Positions 1 to 7,596 of a stretch of 39,563 nucleotides of DNA are shown here, one piece after another. The position numbers and the translations under genes are program-made. The stretch comes from a virus: the UHGV virus genome UHGV-0170560, one strand, 5' to 3'. A model generated the notes under the pieces. The model did no database searches. It was not told where the DNA came from and saw only the letters and a list, made by a program, of their open reading frames with translations. Position 1 is the first letter of the stretch. Every line of letters begins with the position of its first letter.

Positions 1-29
1 CGGCAGCGTCAGATGTGTATAAGAGACAG
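1..29. other. Sequencing adapter remnant (Nextera/Tn5 read-1 adapter with mosaic end); not biological
   Basis: Bases 1-29 CGGCAGCGTCAGATGTGTATAAGAGACAG equal the Nextera transposase adapter lacking its first 4 nt. Confidence 0.9.
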
Positions 30-109
30 CCTTAATACGCAATACATTTACTTTCCTCTTTTGATGATCTTAAATGTCTTATTTTTCGTAATGTGTATAA
101 CAAGGAATA

Positions 110-628
110 GTGATGAAATTTAAAAAATGTCTTCTGCCTGTGGTAATGTTAGCGTCATTCACTCTGGCAGGATGCCAGTCAAATGCTGATGATCATGCCG
201 CCGATGTTTATCAAACCGATCAACTGAATACCAAACAAGAAACTAAAACCGTTAATATTATTTCCATTCTTCCCGCAAAAGTTGCCGTAGACAACTCCCA
301 AAATAAACGAAACGCACAAGCCTTCGGCGCGCTTATTGGTGCAGTCGCTGGCGGTGTTATTGGCCACAACGTCGGGTCTGGCAGCAATTCCGGAACGACG
401 GCAGGTGCAGTTGGCGGCGGAGCTGTTGGCGCGGCAGCGGGTTCTATGGTGAATGATAAAACCTTAGTGGAAGGTGTTTCTCTAACGTATAAGGAAGGCA
501 CCAAAGTGTATACCTCCACCCAGGTGGGTAAAGAGTGCCAGTTTACGACAGGTTTAGCCGTTGTTATTACCACGACGTATAACGAAACGCGTATTCAGCC
601 AAATACCAAATGTCCTGAAAAGAGCTAA
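110..628 (+). CDS. Lipoprotein with glycine-zipper-like Gly/Ala-rich segment (cargo/moron)
   Basis: 172-aa ORF; AAGGAA RBS before tandem ATG; N-terminal signal with lipobox LAGC; GAVAGGVIG...GGGAVGAAAG stretch. Confidence 0.7.
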   Translation: MMKFKKCLLPVVMLASFTLAGCQSNADDHAADVYQTDQLNTKQETKTVNIISILPAKVAVDNSQNKRNAQAFGALIGAVAGGVIGHNVGSGSNSGTTAGAVGGGAVGAAAGSMVNDKTLVEGVSLTYKEGTKVYTSTQVGKECQFTTGLAVVITTTYNETRIQPNTKCPEKS

Positions 629-643
629 TAATCAGGAGGAGTC

Positions 644-1183
644 ATGAAGAAAGTTTTTCTTTGCGCCATCTTAGCTTCCTTAAGCTATCCGGCTATCGCC
701 TCATCATTGCAGGATCAACTCTCTGCTGTCGCAGAAGCGGAACAGCAAGGTAAAAATGAAGAGCAAAGGCAGCATGACGAATGGGTCGCGGAGCGCAACA
801 GGGAAATCCAGCAAGAGAAGCAACGTCGCGCAAACGCCCAGGCCGCCGCTAACAAAAGAGCGGCAACGGCAGCGGCAAATAAGAAAGCTCGTCAGGATAA
901 ACTGGACGCCGAAGCCTCTGCGGACAAAAAACGCGATCAAAGTTATCAAGATGAGCTACGCAGCTTAGAGATTCAGAAACAAAAACTGGCGCTGGCGAAA
1001 GAAGAAGCCCGCGTTAAGCGAGAAAACGAATTTATCGATCAGGAACTGAAGCACAAAGCTGCGCAAACCGATGTGGTGCAATCTGAAGCTGACGCAAACA
1101 GGAATATGACTGAGGGCGGTCGAGATCTGATGAAAAGCGTGGGCAAAGCAGAAGAGAACAAATCGGACAGCTGGTTTAATTAA
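644..1183 (+). CDS. Secreted charged coiled-coil protein (cargo/moron), function unknown
   Basis: 179-aa ORF 15 nt after previous stop with AGGAGG RBS; Sec-type signal peptide ending AIA; K/E/Q/A-rich body. Confidence 0.6.
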   Translation: MKKVFLCAILASLSYPAIASSLQDQLSAVAEAEQQGKNEEQRQHDEWVAERNREIQQEKQRRANAQAAANKRAATAAANKKARQDKLDAEASADKKRDQSYQDELRSLEIQKQKLALAKEEARVKRENEFIDQELKHKAAQTDVVQSEADANRNMTEGGRDLMKSVGKAEENKSDSWFN

Positions 1184-1224
1184 TCGATGTAAGTAACTTC
1201 AAGCCTATAATTCTTGAAGATAAA

Positions 1225-1254
1225 AAACCCTCTGTAGTAACAGAGGGTTTTGTT
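1225..1254. terminator. Rho-independent terminator, potentially bidirectional
   Basis: Stem CCCTCTG (1228-1234) / CAGAGGG (1241-1247), loop TAGTAA, A-run upstream and T-run downstream; lies between convergent genes. Confidence 0.7.
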
Positions 1255-1402
1255 CATTCATAGTGCAGGGATCAAAATCATTCCCACTCAATTATTTACG
1301 GCAACCATAACCAATTGAGTGATAACATTTTTCCAAAACTTCATTTTTTTAGTACCGTTTTATATACCGTCACCGGAAATCAGTACCATGAAAAATGCCA
1401 TG

Positions 1403-1885
1403 CTATCTTGTCAGGGTGTCATACTGTTTTTCGCAGACTCTTCCGGCTTCGGCTGCCCGGTCAGCATACTCTGCCAGTTGTCTGTTTCTCTCGAGAGATT
1501 TGCTGAGCACGTCGGCAAGCAAAACTCCGGTGTCTGCGGCTGACGTCCCAGCGCCGACAATGGCGTTATACTGCCTGAGCTGCTCACGGATGGCAACGAG
1601 CTGTTTCTGCAACCGGCCAGCGCGAGCGGCAGCATCAAGAGCATCATTGCGCGCCTGGTCGATCCTCTGCTGCGCTTCACGTTCATTGATCGCTTTCTCC
1701 TGTTCGTAGTGCTGACGAACTTTCTCATCTTCGGCTTTGCGCTCTTCCTTCGCCTGCACATACCCGGCGTCGTACTGACGGCTACCGTGCACATTCCAAG
1801 CAACAATTCCGGATATGACCAGAACAGCAAGCATCACCACGATAATTAACTGTTTCCAGTATGCTTTTGCGAATGCCCAGATCAT
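1403..1885 (-). CDS. Rz-like i-spanin (lysis)
   Basis: 160 aa; N-terminal TM helix then charged coiled-coil periplasmic domain; ATGA start/stop overlap with upstream endolysin; embedded lipoprotein ORF in +1 frame. Confidence 0.75.
   Translation of the reverse strand: MIWAFAKAYWKQLIIVVMLAVLVISGIVAWNVHGSRQYDAGYVQAKEERKAEDEKVRQHYEQEKAINEREAQQRIDQARNDALDAAARAGRLQKQLVAIREQLRQYNAIVGAGTSAADTGVLLADVLSKSLERNRQLAEYADRAAEAGRVCEKQYDTLTR
1411..1686 (-). CDS. Rz1-like o-spanin, embedded in Rz in alternate frame
   Basis: Internal Met followed by basic n-region and MMLLMLPLALAGC lipobox, Pro-rich mature part; start ambiguous (alternative ATGs at 1647/1644). Confidence 0.5.
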   Translation of the reverse strand: MNVKRSRGSTRRAMMLLMLPLALAGCRNSSLPSVSSSGSITPLSALGRQPQTPEFCLPTCSANLSRETDNWQSMLTGQPKPEESAKNSMTP

Positions 1886-2511
1886 ACCGCCAGCACCTTA
1901 CTGGCAGTGATGTACCGCGCGCGCCGGTCGTCGATGCCGTTCCGGCCACCATTGATAATCAGAGTTACACGTGCAATATCGCCGGTATACTTCATGCATC
2001 CTTTGCTGGCAAAGAACCACGCTGCGCTACGAGCCGCATATTCGTCATGCGCCAGCAATTCAGGGCTCTCCAGCAGGTCAACCTTCAGACCGTTTCCGCA
2101 ATCACGATAGTTATTCAAACCGGTTATCTGGATAAGCCCGCGCCCACGGTAATTCCAGCCATCGCCGGGAGCATTGTTACCCATGCGTTTGCTGTACACC
2201 AGATTGGCGATCGCTCGCTGGCGCTCGAGTGGCAATGGAGGTTCGCCTGCGCGGCGACCCAATGCGTTGGCCTGTCCCTGAGTGAGACGCCCAGCCCGAA
2301 CGAAGTTAGCCAGTCCGGTGACACTGTAGTTGAAATTCTCCTGCAACCGGATGAAACCACCAGACTCATGCCCGACCTGAGCAATAAACATTGCCTGATC
2401 TTCAGCTTTGCTGATACCAAACTCTTTCATCGCAGAAGTTATATGCGAGAACCAGCGTGCGGCCAGCGCCTCGCTAATACCAGCAGCTCGCTGGAATTGT
2501 TTAATCTCCAT
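1882..2511 (-). CDS. Endolysin, glycoside hydrolase family 19 (chitinase-like lysozyme)
   Basis: 209 aa; motifs QVGHESGGF and NYRGRGLIQITGLNNY match the GH19 catalytic signature; sits between holin and Rz. Confidence 0.85.
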   Translation of the reverse strand: MEIKQFQRAAGISEALAARWFSHITSAMKEFGISKAEDQAMFIAQVGHESGGFIRLQENFNYSVTGLANFVRAGRLTQGQANALGRRAGEPPLPLERQRAIANLVYSKRMGNNAPGDGWNYRGRGLIQITGLNNYRDCGNGLKVDLLESPELLAHDEYAARSAAWFFASKGCMKYTGDIARVTLIINGGRNGIDDRRARYITASKVLAV

Positions 2512-2809
2512 GTTTAGACCTCGTTATTTTGAAAATCTGAACGACGTTACCGCGAGTTTTAAGAACCGCAGCAAACATGACAGCGTTGATAATGACCTCA
2601 GATAAATCCACAGCCATTGGCGTGCGTAACCAGATTGCATAGACGACACGAACAGGAATACTGGCCGCAGCAACAATAAGGAAATAAGCAAGCCACCCTC
2701 CCCATCTTCGGTGTTGTGAACCGTTACGCCGGAATGTGACAACACGAATTGCTATGCCAGTACAAATAAGTGCATTGGTGATAAGCAAAAAATACTCATG
2801 CGTTACCAT
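2501..2809 (-). CDS. Holin-like small membrane protein
   Basis: 102 aa with 2-3 hydrophobic helices and charged C-terminus; overlaps endolysin start by 11 nt. Confidence 0.6.
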   Translation of the reverse strand: MVTHEYFLLITNALICTGIAIRVVTFRRNGSQHRRWGGWLAYFLIVAAASIPVRVVYAIWLRTPMAVDLSEVIINAVMFAAVLKTRGNVVQIFKITRSKHGD

Positions 2810-3155
2810 CGCCTTTTCTCCCCGGAATTAACTCGCGTGGATTATCGGAGCGGTGATAGAGCCAGATGCCAATTCGCACTGCGACGATTGCTGACACGAA
2901 TGCGCCGGCAGAGAAAACAATCCCTTTCTCGAAGGAATCCTGTGTGATGGTAGGGATCAGGCTGGCTATGCCGATAAGAATTGATGCTGCTGGTTTGTAA
3001 AAAAGAAGGCCGCAAAGAAAGCTGAGCATCGACAGGAGTACCCGGCGGCGGATCGGATATTCGACAGCAGAGGTAACAAAAATCACAGCTCCAGCAAGGG
3101 AGCCTAAAGCCACCTCAGGAGGTGCTCCTGCTATAACCGCCGCCAGAGAACTCAT
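2796..3155 (-). CDS. Holin/antiholin-like membrane protein
   Basis: 119 aa, several predicted TM helices, first gene of the lysis cassette; overlaps next gene by 14 nt. Confidence 0.55.
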   Translation of the reverse strand: MSSLAAVIAGAPPEVALGSLAGAVIFVTSAVEYPIRRRVLLSMLSFLCGLLFYKPAASILIGIASLIPTITQDSFEKGIVFSAGAFVSAIVAVRIGIWLYHRSDNPRELIPGRKGDGNA

Positions 3156-3315
3156 GCTAAGCCACTGATTTAAAGACTCATTGGTTATCTAAACTGACAT
3201 AAAAACCACCGTTTAATGTGCATGAAGAACCACCTTAGTATGGGGTTCACCATGCATATTAAACCATATATGAATAGTTATTACCTCTACATCAATTAAA
3301 TCACTATCATATAAA

Positions 3316-5901
3316 TTACATCTGGTTATTAATTTTCATTTCAATATTTTTAATGCGCTCAACCAATCCTCGCATAATGAAACGATCAAGTTCTTGATCG
3401 CGGAATTGCCACAAATCTCCTGCTTTCTTAACTAATTTTTTTTCACCAGTATTCACAGGAACAATGAATTTTTCACCATTTTGATCCGTAATTAACTCAT
3501 CTTTAATGACATCTTCATATACATCATCCCATTTGTCATACCCTATAAATCCATAATCTCGCCAGTCCAGGCCCTCATCCTCTAAAACAGCAATAACTGC
3601 CTGAACAGTGGTGCCAGAGTGCAACCTTTTAGAATCATCATCAATCCATGTCCAGAAACCTAGCAGATCAGCCACTTTAATTGCTGCATTAATTTCAGAT
3701 TTGGTGAATCCGCGAATCGGGTCTTTAAGACGACCATCTGAACTTGACTGGGTTCCTCCGGCAAAATAACCAATGTTATATCGTAGTGATGCGCTACCTA
3801 TATTTGAAGTGGCATCAGCTCCAGGAGTGATTCCCCCTGATGTTGCTATTTGCATTGCTGGAGTAGATCCAGACCCATCAGGTCTGAACTGTAATTGACC
3901 TACACTGTTGTATTGTGTTCTCATGAACCAAGATGTAGCATTGCCATTACTGAGCAGGCCAAGAATAGCATCAGAACCAGATGGAGCCGATACAGTGTAC
4001 ATTCCTGTCTTAGTGAGTGACGTCATGGTTTTTCCATCCTTGCTGACCAATAGTCTGTCGGAGCTTGCATCCATCATCACTTTCCATCCTGTAGACCCAT
4101 CAGCAGCATTCTTCGTAAACTGAATTGATGCGTCACCAATATTCCCATCAGAGCCAAGAATTGCAACGGTATAACCGCCTGCTGGGTCTTTACCCACAAC
4201 TCCAAATCTACCGTTTAGCGGATCGCCTGAAACTATTATTTTTACAGGAATCACTCCGGCAAAATTGTCATTAAATATCTGAGAAATATAATTCATGCGC
4301 ATGCCATAAAAACTAACACCTCTCTTTACATTCTCAGAACCAATAAAAGTCGGAATATCTGAATTTGTAATACCATAAGGTGATTGCTCTACCACACCAC
4401 CATAAAACTGGATGTTGGATGCGTGATCAAATTCTAATGCATGATTAGCTCTGGTTCTAAACTCACAGCCATAAAAGTAATGCCCATTTATTTCAGCGGA
4501 TGTCGCATTAACATCACCATCTATATAAAGGCATCGCCATGTGTTTGCGCTAGAGTAATAAGAAACAAGCTCTTCATGAGACATTGATGCGCGACTGTGG
4601 TGATCAAGGGTATAAATACCACATTTATCTACTCTAGTTCCGCTGAGACCATAACTTGCAGGCCCAGTGTTTGAACCAAGAATTGCTAAACCGACTCGCC
4701 CCATAGTTGACCCACCAGTAATGGTATTGTAATCAGGGTCATCGTTTCCTTGCTTTGACTGAATTATTGTACCTGCTTTTGAAAAGTATCCGAATACACA
4801 AACATCCTCCTGAAGATTTCTTGCAGAGTCATCGTAATAAACCCCACACTCATAATCTGCACGTTGGTCTTCATCAGGTTTTGTGTGATTACCGATGGAA
4901 TCATAACAAATCATGTCTTGAACCACGGCAATGCCTTTAAGGACAGATCCACTTGAACCATATTCTGGAGAAAGAACTCTCACGCAATATCGAACACTTG
5001 CGAAATGATCGTCTCTGTTATCTGTAGTAGCTATCTTTGTTCCTGCTCCAGAAAATATAAACGTAGCACCAGGCATATTTTCTTTTCTACCTTCAGCAAG
5101 AAAGAATTTGTCATCATCAGTACCAAATCCAAGAACAGGAGAACCATTACCAATGAATCGAAAATCACCAGGTATTTCTATACCATCAGAGAATCGATAA
5201 ACCCCATCAGGAACAAAAAAAGTTTTCTTTCCAGATGCAAGCAAAGCCTGCCACTGCGTTAAGTTGTCCGTTTTATAGTCACCTTTTAATCCAAAATCGG
5301 TTATGCTGACTGTATCTCGCATCTTATCCTGGAACGTTCGATATATCGCACCAGAACCATACTGAATAAACCAACCAAAACCACCAACAACTCCGGCGAT
5401 TGCAGCATCAACATAATTACGCATTGAGCGATTATTTACAGCATCCTGCTCAAGTGATGGATCTGCAAGGTTAGAAATTCTGTTTTGCTTTGCATCGTAA
5501 TATTTTGCAAGCAAAGATGGTTTCATCAATGCACGTCTGAACCACCCAAAACATTGCTGGATCAGCATCGTCAGGTAGTCAAAAGCATCTTCATGCACTT
5601 CGGGGAAAAATTTTCCCTGATTGCGAAGGTCTGTCTCCTGCACTACATCAAGCACACGATCTATCGTAATTCGCCATCCAGCAGCAAGCGGCGACGGAAG
5701 AACAACAGAACCGCCACTATAAGTGCCCGCCCCAGTTACCGTATAACCGGTATCCAGAACCAATTCTGTTACGTTCCCGTTCAGGTCAGACACCTGAACA
5801 ACCAGGTCGGATTTTTTGAAAATACGGAAGGTATACGGAAATGATGTCGTAGCGCCGTTACCGGTGTATTCGTTGTGGTCAACTTCGGTTGAGACCGTCA
5901 T
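3316..5901 (-). CDS. Tail fibre/tailspike with T7 gp17-like N-terminal adaptor domain and C-terminal intramolecular chaperone (peptidase S74-like) domain
   Basis: 861 aa; N-terminal ~110 aa resemble the T7 gp17 adaptor region by recollection; C-terminal ~140 aa begin with SSDGRLKD (S-D-x-R-x-K autoprocessing motif); central part AT-rich. Confidence 0.8.
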   Translation of the reverse strand: MTVSTEVDHNEYTGNGATTSFPYTFRIFKKSDLVVQVSDLNGNVTELVLDTGYTVTGAGTYSGGSVVLPSPLAAGWRITIDRVLDVVQETDLRNQGKFFPEVHEDAFDYLTMLIQQCFGWFRRALMKPSLLAKYYDAKQNRISNLADPSLEQDAVNNRSMRNYVDAAIAGVVGGFGWFIQYGSGAIYRTFQDKMRDTVSITDFGLKGDYKTDNLTQWQALLASGKKTFFVPDGVYRFSDGIEIPGDFRFIGNGSPVLGFGTDDDKFFLAEGRKENMPGATFIFSGAGTKIATTDNRDDHFASVRYCVRVLSPEYGSSGSVLKGIAVVQDMICYDSIGNHTKPDEDQRADYECGVYYDDSARNLQEDVCVFGYFSKAGTIIQSKQGNDDPDYNTITGGSTMGRVGLAILGSNTGPASYGLSGTRVDKCGIYTLDHHSRASMSHEELVSYYSSANTWRCLYIDGDVNATSAEINGHYFYGCEFRTRANHALEFDHASNIQFYGGVVEQSPYGITNSDIPTFIGSENVKRGVSFYGMRMNYISQIFNDNFAGVIPVKIIVSGDPLNGRFGVVGKDPAGGYTVAILGSDGNIGDASIQFTKNAADGSTGWKVMMDASSDRLLVSKDGKTMTSLTKTGMYTVSAPSGSDAILGLLSNGNATSWFMRTQYNSVGQLQFRPDGSGSTPAMQIATSGGITPGADATSNIGSASLRYNIGYFAGGTQSSSDGRLKDPIRGFTKSEINAAIKVADLLGFWTWIDDDSKRLHSGTTVQAVIAVLEDEGLDWRDYGFIGYDKWDDVYEDVIKDELITDQNGEKFIVPVNTGEKKLVKKAGDLWQFRDQELDRFIMRGLVERIKNIEMKINNQM

Positions 5902-6059
5902 GTTAAATCTCCAGATAGTCGCAGCACCCGTTGCGCCGCATATCTGGTTATTCTATTACCTGAAAAACCACATATGGATAGATAACCCATAAATACGAAA
6001 AGATATTACCTTTCAGGTGATTTGCAAAACGTGCTGGATAGCAAACAAATTATTTGATA

Positions 6060-6075
6060 CTGTATATTTATACAG
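6060..6075 (+). promoter_or_regulatory. LexA (SOS) box
   Basis: CTGTATATTTATACAG = CTGT-N8-ACAG with AT-rich spacer, flanked TA..TT, about 20 nt upstream of the 6097 start codon. Confidence 0.65.
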
Positions 6076-6096
6076 TTATTGCATGGAGAAGATAAG

Positions 6097-6354
6097 ATGC
6101 AGCAGTATCACTATCCACTGGAAGACGGATTTACCGAAAGGATTCACACGCCGGGAGGCGTCAGATCACTGGTGGAGGGATCGCACTTGATGAAATTACT
6201 CCGGGATCTCGATAAGGATGGATTTAATGTCGATGGCCCACTTGCCGAACTGACTGCACTGATTAACTACGTCACCAGCTCACAGATGTCTATGCGGGAT
6301 CTGCAAACACATCTCGACTATTGTGCCGAACAATTACGAAAACAAACCAGATAA
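6097..6354 (+). CDS. Small protein paralogous to the C-terminal domain of the downstream antirepressor
   Basis: 85 aa from ATG with GGAGAA RBS (track ORF begins at an upstream TTG); aligns with the last ~65 aa of the 6670..7380 protein (shared pattern IH.P.GV..L.E.S.LM.LL..L..DG..V.G..AELT....Y.......RD.QTH..Y). Confidence 0.6.
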   Translation: MQQYHYPLEDGFTERIHTPGGVRSLVEGSHLMKLLRDLDKDGFNVDGPLAELTALINYVTSSQMSMRDLQTHLDYCAEQLRKQTR

Positions 6355-6490
6355 GGTTTGCAATTACCAAGTGGAGTGCTTATATTTACCTTTGAGGTGA
6401 ATTTACATCGCACTCCTCTTATGCCATAGTAATCGGGCACTGGCAAAATCCAGTGCCGGGATTGGCGTCCCGGGTTACTAAGTGGCGCAT

Positions 6491-6514
6491 ACCACGCCAG
6501 ACGTGGTTTTTTTA
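6491..6514 (+). terminator. Rho-independent terminator-like hairpin
   Basis: Stem ACCACG/CGTGGT with loop CCAGA followed by TTTTTTT. Confidence 0.6.
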
Positions 6515-6669
6515 TGCGTTAAGCACAGCTATATCCGAATTATGGTGGGCTGGGCAGGGGTCCGAAAGGACGCCGGTACCACTTAGGCCGGTACGCCAAC
6601 CTTGTCCAGTTCACCACCAGTAATTGGCGTTGCGGTGGTGATTAAAATCACTAAGTGGAGATAACCACC

Positions 6670-7380
6670 ATGGCTAATGCTCAAACTGCCATCTTCAAAT
6701 TTGAATCTGTTAACCCTATCCGTTCCATCATTATCGATGGCCAACCATGGTTTGTAGCCCAAGACGTTTGTAGTGCGCTGCGTATCCAAAACGTCACCCA
6801 AGCACTTGAAAAACTGGATGATGATGAAAGGTCTATGTTCAACATAGGGCATGAACATCGTGCAATTTTTGACAGCCGAGTAAAAGAGATCAACATCATC
6901 TCCGAGTCAGGCCTCTACACACTGATCCTCCGCTGCCGCGACGCAGTGACACCAGGCACTATCCCCTACCGCTTTCGTAAATGGGTTACAGGTGAGGTTC
7001 TTCCTCAGATCCGCCGCACCGGAAGTTACATTAAAAACTCGCTCCCGCAGGAAGAACGCATAAAGATGGTTGCCGACCAGGTAGCCAACGCCACGGCGTC
7101 AGCAGTAATGCAGGCGATGAAGATAGAGAACAAAACCTACAGCGCCCCGCTGCAGCCCGGCTACCGCAGCCTGATTCACTCGCCGTCTGGTGTTCTCGGC
7201 CTGACGGAGAACTCACTGCTGATGAATCTGCTGAACCAGTTACAGGACGACGGGCACGACGTATCGGGCGCGGCGGCGGAGCTGACCACCATGTTCTGCT
7301 ACATCGTCGGTGTGAGTAAATGCCTGCGTGATATCCAGACCCACGCGGAATACATCAACGACAAGGCAGGGTTCTTCTGA
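6670..7380 (+). CDS. Antirepressor (Bro-N domain protein)
   Basis: 236 aa from ATG preceded by GGAG; N-terminal Bro-N hallmarks (WFVAQDVCSAL, ISESGLYTLIL, FRKWVTGEVLPQIRRTGSY). Confidence 0.8.
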   Translation: MANAQTAIFKFESVNPIRSIIIDGQPWFVAQDVCSALRIQNVTQALEKLDDDERSMFNIGHEHRAIFDSRVKEINIISESGLYTLILRCRDAVTPGTIPYRFRKWVTGEVLPQIRRTGSYIKNSLPQEERIKMVADQVANATASAVMQAMKIENKTYSAPLQPGYRSLIHSPSGVLGLTENSLLMNLLNQLQDDGHDVSGAAAELTTMFCYIVGVSKCLRDIQTHAEYINDKAGFF

Positions 7381-7504
7381 CGGGCGGCGGCACAGGGATG
7401 TGCCTTTAAATAATTCTGTACGATTGCAGACAGGGGGGTGAATAGAGTACTATTACCTTACGGGTGATCCATAGCGATTAGGCACCGATACAGGAGGAGC
7501 CCAC

Positions 7505-7537
7505 ATGAGAAAATTTGACGAGTACGAAGGCGTTTAA
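7505..7537 (+). CDS. Possible 10-codon leader peptide (MRKFDEYEGV)
   Basis: Strong RBS CAGGAGGAG 5-8 nt upstream; located between an operator-like palindrome and a terminator hairpin; too short to call confidently. Confidence 0.25.
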   Translation: MRKFDEYEGV

Positions 7538-7555
7538 CATTCGGATAGTTTAATG

Positions 7556-7579
7556 ACGGGGCCATTAGGCCCCGTTTTC
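7556..7579 (+). terminator. Rho-independent terminator / possible attenuator
   Basis: Stem ACGGGGCC/GGCCCCGT with loop ATTA followed by TTTT; immediately upstream of the 7597 gene. Confidence 0.6.
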
Positions 7580-7596
7580 ATGTCTGGAGACAGTTT

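Noticed and set aside
1315-1709. Several 60-100-aa plus-strand ORFs overlapping Rz/Rz1
   Set aside because: They are antisense to the spanin genes with no RBS or recognisable features; the region is already explained by Rz and the embedded Rz1.
1861-2517. 218-aa plus-strand ORF, and similar long antisense ORFs elsewhere (18744..19448, 23119..23856, 9903..10364, 12171..12647)
   Set aside because: They lie entirely antisense to well-supported genes (endolysin, tail tubular, portal, internal virion proteins), have no RBS and low-complexity Arg/Ser/Leu-rich translations; treated as shadow ORFs.
6079-6096. TTG start extending the small LexA-controlled gene, and a TTG start at 28314 extending TerS
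   Set aside because: Downstream ATG codons at 6097 and 28236 have better-placed Shine-Dalgarno sequences; the TTG extensions would overlap the LexA box or add an atypical N-terminus.
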